A stretch of DNA of 63,721 bases, filler included, from Octopus bimaculoides (GCF_001194135.2; 5 parts of 5 records of this genome joined end to end with filler, not necessarily neighbours in it); one strand, 5' to 3'. Counted from the first letter of the whole stretch, positions 48,110-61,800 are shown. Translations and numbers: made by a program. Notes: generated from the letters alone by a model not told the origin.

Positions 48110-48715
48110 TATCTTGAGGATGGATTGCCCGAGATTAGAAATAACCAAACAACTGTCCAACGATTATTTTGTGCTGTACTTGCAGGGCAATAATTTAATT
48201 GCACAAAATATGGAATGTATGTGCCATAATCAAACAGATGGTATTGTATGAAGATGCCACAGCTGCAAGAAAACTGTCTCCATCAGCAAGAATATCTTTT
48301 TAGAAAGAAGCCAGTTGTCAGTCTTTAAAAGTTTAAATATTATTTTAGACTTATATTTGAAATACCAGTGAAGTGACTAGCTCTGTGTCAATGAACCTGT
48401 ATGCAGAAATTAATGAAAGGCAGAAAGAAATTGGTGGCCCAGATCACATGGTAAGAGTAGATGCAAGTTTAATACTTAAAAGAATATATCAAGTTAGCAG
48501 ATTTATTCAGGCATTCTGGGTTGTTGGTTGATACAACACTCAGAAGATAGGATACCTTCAACATGTTCTGGATAGAAAAACAGAGACACTGGAAGTGGTC
48601 ATAATGGAAATTATGGAAACAGTGAATCACTCTTGTAATTTTGTGGACCCAGAGAGTGGTGCATGTACCAATCACATGGAGGCATAAATTTGGACCAAGT
48701 AGGAATATGAGATGG
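48110..48715 (+). mobile_element. Merlin (IS1595/ISXO2-like) transposase remnant
   Basis: DGIV*RCHSCKKTVSI, then one frame KEIGGPDHMVRVDASLILKRIYQVSRFIQAFWVVG*...VLDRKTETL...ETVNHSCNFVDPESGACTNHMEA*IW. Confidence 0.85.
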
Positions 48716-48721
48716 CTGCAT

Positions 48722-49460
48722 ATAGATGAGGCTATTGCTGGCAAGGTTCTAGCAAAAATCATTCTCAACTGGCTGAAAAACGTCTCAGAGCAGGTTTTAC
48801 CAGAGAATCAATGTGGCTTCAGGTCAGGGAGACCAACCACGGACATGATCTTCATGCTGCTACAGCTACAAGAGAAAGCAGTAGAATAACACCAACCCCC
48901 TCTTTGTGGTCTTTGAAGACTTTTCCAAAGTATTTTCAGTGGACCAAGGAATTCTTTGGAAAGTGCTAGTGACTTATAGATGCTCTCAGAAGTTTGTTAA
49001 TATCATCAAGCAGTTCCACACAGGAATGAAAGGACTAGTCTCAATAGGTAGATAACTTAGTGAAGCGTTTGCAGTCAATCATGGTGTGAAGCAGGGGTGC
49101 ATGCTTGCCTCTACACAATTCTCTCTTTACCTCCAGCTGTACTTGACACCATGAGGGTCAGTCTGTTCAAGAGAGTTTTTTTTCCACACCAGAACAAATG
49201 GGAAGCCCTTCAGATTGGCTCATTTTTGTGCCTCCACTAAAATCAGGGAAATGTGTGTCAGGGAATTGCTCAATGCAGACAACTCAGTGCTTGTTACCAG
49301 CAACACATTGTGGTCTGGTTTTCTAGTGGTCAACACTTCAAACACAGATCTGTTCTACCAGCACCACCAAGATGTCGTAATTAGCTCAAGAAACCCCGAG
49401 CCAGTAACAGTAGACAAAGAGCCCCTAAAGTACACTGAGGCCTTTACCTATCATATCTGA
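48722..49460 (+). mobile_element. RTE LINE RT fragment
   Basis: IAGKVLAKIILNWL, PENQCGFRSGRPTTDMIF, GVKQGCMLA, VRELLNADNS and EAFTY. Confidence 0.85.
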
Positions 49461-50019
49461 GAATTTAACTAAAGTGATAAAACGAGATACGTAACAGATA
49501 AATTATTTTGGCAATCCTTCGGTATTAGTAGATGACATCATTCACCTTCACAACTTTCCCTCATAACATAAAGAGGCTAGGCAGAAACAGAAGGTGGATG
49601 ACATTGTCTCCTCATACTGACATTCTGGAGCCCGATACCTAAGGATCATCCAATTGCTCTTTTCTCAGACACACACATACACACACACGTGCAAACACAC
49701 ATTAATTTATACTATGTTGATTCGTTGTGAATTAACAGTATAAAAACACACAATTAACAAGGTTTTCAATATGAATTATTTTCTAATTCTATATAAACAT
49801 AACACGAAATTAATTTGTGGTGGCATGGCATCAAAATTGAAATAGATATGGAAAGTTGAGATTTAGAAAAAAAAAGTGTTGTTAAGCCAAAGTAAAAATA
49901 TTTTCCAGACATTTAGCTGTCATTTCTAACATATTGGGTTTTTTGGTGAGGGCTTAATATTTTTTCGTCTGCTGTTACAGGAAAAATCTATGCATTTCTA
50001 AAGGATGCCAAATCTAGCC

Positions 50020-50200
50020 ATTTATAAAGGGTGCTAAAGTGGAGATTGTGGAGTTATAACTACCTGGGGTTAACCAGGTGTCACAGGTAACACCTGCCTC
50101 AATGTTAGGATTGATATTGGTGGTGGTAGTGAGAGAGTTGTCCAGAGAATGTAGTTTATAGTAGCTCTTATGTCTGGTGATGTCACCCCTATTATTTCCC
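50020..50200 (-). mobile_element. Possible LINE APE endonuclease N-terminus fragment
   Basis: KLHSLDNSLTTTTNINPNIEAGVTCDTWLTP resembles K...L..L....DI+.ITETWL. Confidence 0.3.
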
Positions 50201-50689
50201 ACTTCAGTAATCAGTGAAGCCCAATCCCTAGGTTGATTGTGGGTAGTGAGTGGAGTACTAGGTCTAGGGCTAGTGGGGTGAGGGTTGGTTCTGGTAAGAA
50301 GATTCAAGGCTATTCTAGGGGTTAGAATGTGTTGTATTTGAGTGATTATAGTTACCTCTCTGGTTATGCAACTCCTATTGTTCAATTGCTGATTAATACC
50401 AGCAATGTTAGTTGCAGTGGAGTAGGATAATTTAGTGGATTGTGAGTTGAAGATTTTCTTAAGGGTACTAAAACTAGTGGAAGTGATTTACCAGCAATGC
50501 AAACAAAAAGCTTGGGTAACCTGGCTTGAACATTAAGAGCAAAGGAGGGGGTGAAGCCAGATAACTTCACATATTTTAGTCTGCTTTTTACATTCTAGGG
50601 GGCCTCTGTTCTGACAGAAGTCACATAATGTGTGTGCTTGTGTGGGGGTGGATGCATGACCAAAACGGTATATGTAGATAGTCAGACTT

Positions 50690-51540
50690 CACTTAGCTTG
50701 ACATGTCTTTTTAAGCACAGTAAATCTTCATAAGTCTCAATCATTTGTGATCTCCTCTGTGATCTCAACAAATGAAGGTCATATTTTACCATCTCCTCCC
50801 ATATCTTCTTCACAGGTTCCCTCCACAATTAGAGATCATCACTTCTTTATGCAGCTATCCTCATCCATATGCATTACATGACCATACCAGTGCAATCTTC
50901 TCTCTTACACAACACATCTGATGTCTCTAATACCTAATTTTCTCTTAAAATTTTCTCTTTGCCCAGCCCTTCTTATTCTAGCAGTTATACTCTCAGGGCA
51001 TCTTCTCCCACTGCTGACTTTGTTGCCTTGGTAACAGAAGCTATCTACTACTTCTAAGGATCAACTCCAGATATTTGAGGAAGTCTATTTTCTGTACATT
51101 CCTAGTGTTTATTGTATCTGCACATCTGCCAAACACAAAGGCTACTTTCTCTGTTAACCTTCCTATGATCCTGCTGCACATTTTATGTATCCATAAAAAG
51201 AGATGCAACAGTATCCAATGACTAGTAACTATTGTGGCTACTTGCATAAAACAGCAACTACAACAGTCACACATCACACCAGTGGGAGGAACCCATTTTA
51301 CAACATTTCCCCTTCCCACTTCCTCCTCCACACATCTGAGCAATAACTTTTTCCAACAACTGCTTTTCCTAAATGTCCTGAGATGTTATAACGCCGAAAT
51401 ATAGAAATACAAGGTAAAACTGCAACTTTGTTTTGTTTATGTTCCCTTTCCTTTGCTGTAACGAGGAGGAAGGTGACATGCACTGACTGGTGTTGCTATA
51501 GCAGCCAGTCTGCTTCATATAGTTCTTTCCTATGGTTAAT
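50690..51540 (-). mobile_element. RTE LINE 3' part (RT motif C to C-terminus)
   Basis: A decayed YADD region, LWIHKMCSRIIGRLTEKVAFVFGRC, LREKLGIRDIRCVV*ERRLHWYGHVMHM and RFTVLKK. Confidence 0.8.
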
Positions 51541-52974
51541 GGCTGGTCTAAATCTGTTTATAAGTTGAGAATTTGAACATAGTAAAGCGACAGGTACTGT
51601 TTTTTCAAGAAATTTTTCCTCAACATTGATTCGATTGTGAGTTTACTAATAAAATATCTGGATAATTTTTGGGGCATTTAACAATCAATATTCTTTTTGC
51701 TGTTAGATTCCATATCAGTTTTTTTCCCACATTAATGTCCATGTTGATAATTTTCAATTTTCAAAAAATTTTTCTATTCAGGCAAAATGAATGACTAATT
51801 TCATTACTCTCTTCTCTTTAACTGCTAGGTGTGTAAATATATCCACTCCAGCTGATTGTGAAGAAACTATAGAGAATATTTTATGTTATAGTTTTAGATT
51901 TAATCGAGTTTTGTTACTTTCTTATCATGTGCATCATGTGCCTGATCCTATTTCATTTGATCTAGATATTTTAAATTTTTGTTGCATTTTTGAACTTTCT
52001 GATGTCTAAGGATTGATAATATTGATGTGTATGAGTCAATTTTCAAATGTAATTCTGGAGAATTGAAGAGGCAAACTTACTGTTGTATTTCCCTCGGAAG
52101 ACTCGTAGAGATAACACAACGAGTTGTACAATTTAATTATTACATTTATTATTCAATTACATACAAAGAACGCACTCACCCAATGTTCGTTATGAATAAA
52201 CAAAAGTCATGTCCGCCATATATATCTCAATGACATTTTACTACGACAGTCACACAAGACAACAATAATGAAACAATGAACTCAGACGAACCACATGACA
52301 CACGGAACGTCAGACGAATTACATATCTAACAGTCCATATAACACTTACCTTATCTTGTCTTACTCATTTTGCCCCCATCTAAATTTGTCTATTGTATAC
52401 TCAAAGAGAATGGAGATAATTTTCTGAAATAGTATTCTGAACATTGTTATGTTTATGTATTTGTTTTGCAAGACTCCTGATGTAAAATGGTGTGTTGAAA
52501 CAGATATTGTTATATTTGGGGATGGTAATTTTTCTTTTACTAAATAACCACACACACTATATACTTGTTCTTCACTTCAGCTTTATTATTATTAAGAGAA
52601 AGGACTAAGCCAAACAGGAGGAGACATGTGGGATGGAGACTCACTGAAGAGGTCACAGAATATGTGATAAAGGATTTCAGACAAAGGACATTAAAAATAG
52701 AAATAATAATAAAGCTGAAATGAAGAACAAGTGCATGTGGTTATTTGGCAAATAATTTTTTAAATGACCATCCCCAAATGTAAAAATATTCTGAATATGT
52801 TACAGCGTTTTTAATGCATTTAGAGAATGTCATTTGCTTAGCTGATATAGATTTTGTAAGGTAGTGAACATTTGNNNNNNNNNNNNNNNNNNNNNNNNNN
52901 NNNNNNNNNNNNNNNNNNTTAATTAATTAANNNNNNNNNNNNNNNNNNNNNNNNNNNNNNNNNNNNNNNNNNNN

Positions 52975-53035
<61 letters not shown>

Positions 53036-53741
53036 CACACACATGCATGCACACATATACAATGACGTATACACTTATTTCATTCTGTGTCTAAGAGCAA
53101 CAACATCTTATCCTTCTCATATCTTTTTACCCTGGAGACTGAACAAGTAGAGAGATTTTCTACTGCTATACACGCACACAGGCAACACATACACGTACTC
53201 ATACACGCACACATACACATGCATACAGATTGTGTATATAAACACAAAATAGTATATCTATGAATGGATGTATCTATCTATCTATCTACGTATCTATCCA
53301 TAACTACTATACATATTCATATGTAGGAAACCACATACACGCATATATATATATNNNNNNNNNNNNNNNNNNNNNNNNNNNNNNNNNNNNNNNNNNNNNN
53401 NNNNNNNNNNNNNNNNNNNNNNNNNNNNNNNNNNNNNNNNNNNNNNNNNNNNNNATATATATATATAAATACACACACAAACACGCACACAGACACACAC
53501 ACACAGGCACACATAAACTCATATATGCAGGGACATATTTTCATGCACATACATGGTTGTATTCATAGCAATGTTGATCACAAGAAAATAAATAATACAT
53601 TATGCACAATCACATGCACACATACATACAAACATGCACACATACATGCATACATATATATATACACAAATACATACATACATACTTACCTACATACATA
53701 CAATGATACACACATACACATATGCATACATGCATGGTTAC

Positions 53742-53777
<36 letters not shown>

Positions 53778-54576
53778 GTATGTAGATATGTATATCTAAC
53801 TATCTGTCTGTCTATCTACACACACACACACACATATATGTAGATATGTATATCTATCTATCTGTCTATCTATGCACACACATTCACACACATACACACA
53901 CACTCAAACAAACACATAGACACATACACACACACACACTGCTATGTATGGTGACACAGAATCTGTGATAAAGAGAATTGAATATAATTGTATATGTCTG
54001 TGGTGCGTCTATAAGTGTCCCTGTATGTTTGGCTGCGTGTGTGCGGGTGTGGTTATTAATATGTCGTGGGTGGATACGGTTCGAATTATATATATGCCTT
54101 ATGCATATNNNNNNNNNNNNNNNNNNNNNNNNNNNNNNNNNNNNNNNNNNNNNNNNNNNNNNNNNNNNNNNNNNNNNNNNNNNNNNNNNNNNNNNNNNNN
54201 NNNNNNNNNNNNNNNNNNNNNNNNNNNNNNNNNNNNNNNNNNNNNNNNNNNNNNNNNNNNNNNNNNNNNNNNNNNNNNNNNNNNNNNNNNNNNNNNNNNN
54301 NNNNNNNNNNNNNNNNNNNNNNNNNNNNNNNNNNNNNNNNNNNNNNNNNNNNNNNNNNNNNNNNNNNNNNNNNNNNNNNNNNNNNNNNNNNNNNNNNNNN
54401 NNNNNNNNNNNNNNNNNNNNNNNNNNNNNNNNNNNNNNNNNNNNNNNNNNNNNNNNNNNNNNNNNNNNNNNNNNNNNNNNNNNNNNNNNNNNNNNNNNNN
54501 NNNNNNNNNNNNNNNNNNNNNNNNNNNNNNNNNNNNNNNNNNNNNNNNNNNNNNNNNNNNNNNNNNNNNNNNNNNN

Positions 54577-54644
<68 letters not shown>

Positions 54645-56429
54645 TGAGAGGTATATGACTTTATACTGACAGTCCTTAAAATAATAAGAACAATAAAACA
54701 AAAATTCAGTAAGAAATAGTAACGTATGAAAAGTGATGGTTATGAAGCGGAACGAATTAAAGGGAGCAGTCATCGCGAAATGCTTCCGACTCCTTAAAGA
54801 AAATGGTCGAGTTGAAGGTGACGCCACTGGGGTCTCATCAGGACACGTGACATCGTGGAAACAGGAAATAGTTGACGCTGAATCAAACTTGAAATCTTTG
54901 TGTCACACTACAATCACTTTAAGATGGCCGTTGGGTTAAGTGAGCTAAGGTTAGTCCAATTCTCAGTGTGCATGTGTGTACATGAATATATATATATATA
55001 TATTTGAGTAAAAATAAATACAAAAAAAAAAGGGTTTTGTATGATCGTGTATAGAGGAATATATTATTTTATTTAAAAGAGTTCCAACTCTGTCTGTTTT
55101 TTATGTTTTATCTATATTCTTGTAAAATTAATGTGGGATATAGATTATGGAATATATAATATATAATATAAAAATGGATGGTACAATAAAATGAAGTATT
55201 GAATGTCTTATTGAATATATGAAATATGTCTTATTGAATATATGAAATATTGACCGTTCAATATAAAGAATTAAATATATAAAGACGAATACGTATTTTC
55301 ATACCTTGTGGTATTCATCATGGCCTCCGTCTGACAGACTGTATATTTACGCACACACATTTGAAAGAATGAGTAGAGATGGCTTTTTTTTGAGGGGATA
55401 ATTTTTATTTCAATCTTAATAATAGTATTTACAATGAGTTACTCTGATATGAGTTTCAAGCTTTCAAGTAGCCATTTTGAAACGGCTATATATATATATA
55501 CACATACACATGCATACATACATATGTGCAGAGAAAGAGAGAGCGAGAGAGAGAAAGAGAAGGATATAGAGATACAAATATGTACATGGTGCTCCGAAAT
55601 GGCTGCTGTTATAATTAAAAGAATATATATGTATACACATATATATGGTTGAAGTGACACATAGGTTTGTTACGAATAGACTTGGCTGAAGAGAATCAAA
55701 TTCGAAATCATGATAGCAGGTTAAGTGGCATTCTTTCTTGCAATTTTACAGAGGTAAAACGCAATCTTTATTGACTTAGTTTTTTTCCCATCATGCCTGC
55801 GAAAATCTAGTGTTAATTTTTGTGGCTTCGGAGTATTTTTGACTCCTATTTTTAGGAAAGCTGGTGTTTCATAGCGCCTTTGTTATATATAATTCTTACA
55901 TACATGTATTAATTTTGCCTGTACGGTTTTTAGCTTGCAGCCACTAACATCATCTCTCATGAATTCTTTATATATTTATGCATACACATATATACATATC
56001 ATATACATACATATGTGTCTGTGAGTGTGTGTGCGTGTGTATGTGTGTATGTGTGTATGTATGTATGTATGTATGTATGTGTGTGTGTATGTATGTATAA
56101 ACAAATTACAGATGAATTGTTTGTCGAATCTTGGTCAGTAGAATCAAAATAACAGTTTTAAATTGCTATTGAGATGTTCAAAATGTATAATTCTTACATG
56201 TATTCACCTGATAAAAACGTTTTACTTTTTTGAATGATGTAACAAATCTATTCAATAAAAAAATAACTCGTTTGAAACAGCTGTAGTGAACTACAATCCT
56301 TCTGTTGTTATTTGTTTATCATTCACGTAACTCGGAACCTGTAATTTGTTTGGATCTGGAGTCTATTGAGTGCAGTAGAATGGATGCAGCGTTTGTACCC
56401 ATGTGCAACGTTGAGGGCTTATTGTATAT

Positions 56430-57150
56430 TAAGTCGGCCATTTGTAATTGTACCCACAACCGGAGTTTAGATCCATGTTTACTTTAATAAACAAATTGCG
56501 TCATGTAATTGCTATGTTCAGACTGTCCTTCATTGGACCAAACATGTGGAAGCTGGAGGACACCAGATCCGAATTGTGTGGTGGATGGAAACAACTGACC
56601 AGCCTAATATGCCGTTTAACTGATTTATGTCCAAAGATGTCATTGGTCACATATTGCCATGATATATGTGGATCGTTTTCAGATTCTTCGTTGATGTCTT
56701 CCTGCTAATAGCTTCTTTAAGCTTTTTGAAAGTATCTGGTACCACTTGTTCACAATACAACCATGTTCTCAAAGCATTAAGGAGTATGAAGCCCTACACT
56801 CACCAGAAAAACTAGGAATTTCTGCGCTAATTGTAGGTTCTTGATCCTTTTAGGACTTGGAGAAGATGTATAACACCATTCCATGTACTAGCCTTTGTTT
56901 CCAGATCATTTAGATACGCTCAGATTTCATGCCCTTGTCGCGAAGTCTGAAAGAAATCCCTGTCTTCATTACCTTCAAACGTTTCCAGTAGATCAGAGGA
57001 GACTAACAATCTTTTCTCCTTCAAATCGGGGGCCAACTGCCAAGGTAGCCCCTTTCCGCACATTTTTACCATACCTTACGAATTACACCATATTTTGTAA
57101 CGCATTGTGTCACAGCCTATTTGTGCAACAAGATCACCGTTTGAGACTCG
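56430..57150 (-). mobile_element. Highly decayed RTE-like LINE fragment
   Basis: Only weak motifs survive (CVTKYGVIRKV, GMKSER, WLYCEQ), in RTE order. Confidence 0.3.
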
Positions 57151-57434
57151 TCTGTCTGCACCAATCAACTCCTCCGATTAAAATGAAGAAAAGCAGGAAA
57201 AAGAGAGACTACAGAGGAAATGGTACTCTTCCAACTTCTGCATTTTAAACAAACTATGTCAATAGATTAAAAAAAAGTTATGTCCATCTCTGTGTTATTT
57301 ACGGTACAACACTCGTGTGCGTGTATGTATGTATACATGCGCGTGCTCACATGTATATGTGTGTCTGTGCGTGAGCGTGTATGTGTGTGTGTGCATGTAT
57401 GTATAAGATATACGTAGGTGTGTGTGTGGTTGCT

Positions 57435-57815
57435 TAGTACCTTAGGTAGTTTCCGTCAACCAAATCCACACTCAAGGCTTGGTCACTTCGACGGAAACTA
57501 AAGGAAGCCTGCCATATATATATATGTGTGTGTGCGTGTATGTGTGTGTGTATGTTATGGCTGTGTGTATGTATGTATGTACACAAAAAAACTCTTAGAC
57601 ACACGAATTCAAATGTGTATTTGTGTGTGTGTATGTGTGTGCTTGCATGTGTGTGTATTTTGTCAGAGTTTGAATCTGGGAATGTATTTAAGTGCACAAG
57701 GTTTCAATTGGCTCGAGGCTATAGTAGAAGACACTTGCTCAAGGCGCCACGCTGTGGGACTGAACTCGGAACCATATGGTTGGGAAGCAAGCTTCTTACC
57801 ACACAACCACGCCTG
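57435..57815 (-). mobile_element. SINE family B 5' half, split by a TG-rich expansion
   Basis: 57435-57510 and 57705-57815 together match 19890-20044. Confidence 0.75.
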
Positions 57816-57981
57816 CACCTGTATATGTATATATGTATATATATGTGTATGTGTGTTTGTGTGTGTGTGTTGTATTTGTGTCTGTGTGTGTTTGTGTGTG
57901 TGTCTGTGTGTATATCTGTGTATGTGTGAATATCTGTGTACGTATGTGTGTGAGTATATCTGTGATGGGGTATGTGTATGA

Positions 57982-58028
<47 letters not shown>

Positions 58029-58254
58029 CGTATCTAGGCGTGAGTGCGTGCGTAGAGCGAGCAGTTGTGTTAAAATGATTATTAAACGATAGAACTGAAG
58101 TCGGTGGTTGTCTAAAAGGAACCAGATGTTGCCTGGAAGACGAGGTTGCGTCAGTTCACTGACTCAGGCTTTCGGTTAATTTGTTCAGCTTCTTTACAAA
58201 CCTGACACAAAATATAGACGAAGAATCGACTGAAGTCCTTGCGTACTATATAGA

Positions 58255-58950
58255 CATGCTAGAAAGAACAGCTAAATCTGCCTGAAATTACTTTCTCATA
58301 ATCTTGAATAATGGAATGAGAGTTATAGGATGTCGTGGTCTTAGATATACTCATCTTTTGAAAAGACAAACGGAAATGCAACAAAAGGGAATGGTCACAA
58401 CTGTCTCCATATTCAGCCTTCTTGAACTGGTCTTGCCATTGGATTGAAGGTGGTTACAGACATGGTGTTGATTCTTCTTCATTTTAAACAAAGTCACTAC
58501 GCACGTCATCAATCATCCTTAAGGATCACTAGATGGTCCTCGTTGCTCTGGCGAACGAACATAAGTGTATATGTATGTGTGTTTGCTCGAGCTGGAATCT
58601 AGGAATGCATTCATGTGCGCGCAGGGGTGTATGCTGTGTGCATGCATGTATATGCATGAATATGTATGTAAATACACTTATATACACACATACGCACAAA
58701 TACACGGTCACTTGACCTGCTAAAATTAACAGCCAAATCTCCATGCTAAATAAGTGGAGGAGATTTTGGATAGTGTCTTCCTAGATACATTGAGTTAGAA
58801 AAATGAAAAGAAAAATGCGAACTGCTCAGTGATGAGGCATCTTTGTCCTTAGAAGGCCGACTTGGCTCAACAACAACCTGAACCAACCAGAGAACATCTA
58901 TATGTTTGCTAGATCTGCTAGGAATAGCAGGTAAGCCTCCCTCAATTGAC
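58255..58950. repeat. Old interspersed repeat (family E) copies in both orientations
   Basis: GCTAGAAAGAACAGCTAAATCT at about 58257 and GCTAGGAATAGCAG at about 58916. Confidence 0.4.
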
Positions 58951-59249
58951 ATTACTCCTGTATGTAAAATAAATGATTCAATGCATACAGTAATCATAAA
59001 TGCTCTGTAGCCGAGATGGTCACGGTTGGAAACTTTAATTATAGATAATTTTAAACACGACGCTAAACAACGCAGAGTAATGTCTCATTGTAACATCATA
59101 GCAACACATTGCCGCTTCTCACTTTCTCATAAATCATGTGTCCTTCCTCGTGAGGTTTTCGGTTTTCAGCAATTGTTTTTGTTTAGCCCCAGGTCAGTTC
59201 GGATCAGATCATCCGTCTTAGGATCATCCTTTTTGTCACTTTCAAACTT

Positions 59250-59501
59250 TTTTCTGTTACTTGTTTCAGTCATTGATCTTCGACTGTGGAGGCACATGGC
59301 TTAGCGGTTAGGGTGTTGGACTCATGATCATAAGATTGTAGAACCGCCTTAAACGGTTTAAGCTGAATAATTGTATACCAGTGCTTATTTTGTTTTAAAG
59401 TGTGATACTTTTCCTATCGATCTCTTTTGCAGCACCATTAAGTAACGGAGACGTAAACAAACCACCACCGGTTGTCAAGCGACGTGTGGGAGGAACACAC
59501 A

Positions 59502-59505
<4 letters not shown>
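59250..59505. mobile_element. SINE fragments: family B 3' half (-) interrupted by a family C head (+)
   Basis: TTACTTGTTTCAGTCATT tail, GGAGGCACATGGCTTAGCGGTTAGGG head, and GACGTAAACAAACCA...GTCAAGCGA. Confidence 0.6.
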
Positions 59506-59539
<34 letters not shown>

Positions 59540-60161
59540 NNNNNNNNNNNNNNNNNNNNNNNNNNNNNNNNNNNNNNNNNNNNNNNNNNNNNNNNNNNNN
59601 NNNNNNNNNNNNNNNNNNNNNNNNNNNNNNNNNNNNNNNNNNNNNNNNNNNNNNNNNNNNNNNNNNNNNNNNNNNNNNNNNNNNNNNNNNNNNNNNNNNN
59701 NNNNNNNNNNNNNNNNNNNNNNNNNNNNNNNNNNNNNNNNNNNNNNNNNNNNNNNNNNNNNNNNNNNNNNNNNNNNNNNNNNNNNNNNNNNNNNNNNNNN
59801 NNNNNNNNNNNNNNNNNNNNNNNNNNNNNNNNNNNNNNNNNNNNNNNNNNNNNNNNNNNNNNNNNNNNNNNNNNNNNNNNNNNNNNNNNNNNNNNNNNNN
59901 NNNNNNNNNNNNNNNNNNNNNNNNNNNNNNNNNNNNNNNNNNNNNNNNNNNNNNNNNNNNNNNNNNNNNNNNNNNNNNNNNNNNNNNNNNNNNNNNNNNN
60001 NNNNNNNNNNNNNNNNNNNNNNNNNNNNNNNNNNNNNNNNNNNNNNNNNNNNNNNNNNNNNNNNNNNNNNNNNNNNNNNNNNNNNNNNNNNNNNNNNNNN
60101 NNNNNNNNNNNNNNNNNNNATATATATAGTTATTAATATTTCTAAGTCTCTCTAATAGAGT

Positions 60162-60192
<31 letters not shown>

Positions 60193-60386
60193 CATTTCTA
60201 CTCTACTACTACTACACACCACTTACCGTGGATAATGGAACTGCAACTATAACATCTTTATACATTTTTATTTTTATTTCTACATTCATTCTCCTATTTC
60301 CCTATATACTCCTTATTTGCTTCCTTTTCCAAAATAGCTCCTCATATTGAACTGTAATATTTCCCTCTATTTTACCATCACACATC

Positions 60387-60434
60387 GTCTCTGATGAAGA
60401 GATATCCCTAATATCCCAGAAACAACTGTAAGAC
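60387..60434 (+). ncRNA. Type I hammerhead motif, intact core, damaged stem II
   Basis: GTCT CTGATGA AGAGATAT CCCTA ATATCCCA GAAAC AAC T GTA AGAC: stem I GTCT/AGAC, GUA site, and stem II with A.A and A.C mismatches. Confidence 0.7.
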
Positions 60435-60642
60435 TAACCTCTTTATAAATGTCCTGAAAATTCTAGACAGCCTTGGCTTTGTTGTCTCATTTTATTTAAC
60501 ATATACATGCTCACACAAGACCCGCATTAGACTCCTCACTCGTATCACTATCGAACCGAAAGTTTAACTAAGGTTCTTCCATAGCGCTTACATAGTGTTA
60601 CCTGCCACCTTGGGTCTTCTGGATACATATATATATATGTAT

Positions 60643-60675
<33 letters not shown>

Positions 60676-60696
60676 CCTCTCATACACACACACACA

Positions 60697-61074
60697 CCAG
60701 GACTTATTCTTTGTAAGCCTAGTACTTATTCTATCGGTCTCTTTTGCCGAACCGCTAAGTTACGGGAACGTAAACACACCAGCATCGGTGGTCAAGCGAT
60801 GTTGGGGGGACAAACACAGACACACAAACACACACATATATATATANNNNNNNNNNACACACACATATATATATACATATACATATATACGACGGGCCTC
60901 CACGCAGTTATCGTCTACCAAAATTCACTCAGTAGGCATTAGTCGGCACGAGGCTATAGCATAAGACACTTTGCCTAAAGTGCCGTGCAGTGAGACGGAA
61001 CGCGAAACCTCGTGGTTGCGGAACGCGAAACCTCGTGGTTGCAAAGCAAACTTCTTAACCAACTCAGTCATGCC
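60697..61074 (-). mobile_element. SINE family B with an internal microsatellite and a 23-bp tandem duplication in the head
   Basis: Matches 19571-20044. GGAACGCGAAACCTCGTGGTTGC occurs twice at about 60997-61042. Confidence 0.85.
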
Positions 61075-61084
61075 TTCTATGTTA

Positions 61085-61800
61085 TATTCCTTCTTTGTTA
61101 TTATTTCCTTGTTAAGTTTTGTTTGATGTCGAGTTTTATTTGGGTTGTGTGTATATATTAGTGTATTGTAGCTGAGGCTCTCGCTGGTTTTTAACCATTT
61201 CCGGTGAGTAATTGGGATTGTATTTTTGAAGTTGCCTTATAGGTTATTTACTAGAAGCGTCTTTAATTATTTTGTTGGATATATGTACCGAAGTGTCTAT
61301 ATTGGTAATTGTAATATTGTGGAATTTTGAAAACTTTGATTCTGTTTCTTGATGTCATTAGTGGTATGAGTGTGTTTTGTGATGATAATTGGTAGGTGGT
61401 CCGAGGAAAGTTAATGAATTCTTTGCCAGGTGGTTACAGCAGCGAGTTGTGTGAATTATTTAGGAGATAAAGGAGGTTTAGTTGCGATGCTTTTACATTA
61501 CATTTTTTATATATTTTCGCTGTATTATTTTGAAAACTGGGAGCTACTGAGTGCATTGAAGCCCTCCCACAATCACAATGTTTCTGGCAGTATTAAATTA
61601 TTATAGTCAGTGTACATAAGTGCTGGGTGAAGTCGGTGATCAAGTAAGCGTCTACGTAGACGATAGACCTGTATGAAATTGAAGCAAATTTTGGCTTAAA
61701 TATTTCTCTAACGTCATCGAAAATAATAAAAATTGCATGTTCAAGGAGAGTCGAAGTTTCGGTTTGCTTGACTTCGTCAGACTGTTTAACGATGGGAGTT
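61085..61800 (-). mobile_element. Possible Penelope-like 5' region (decayed hammerhead followed by an N-terminal ORF remnant)
   Basis: CTGACGA...CCGAAACTTCGACTC at 61746-61784 on the minus strand, followed downstream by LNLLYLLNNSH...GKEFINFPR...RIKVFKIP. Confidence 0.35.
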
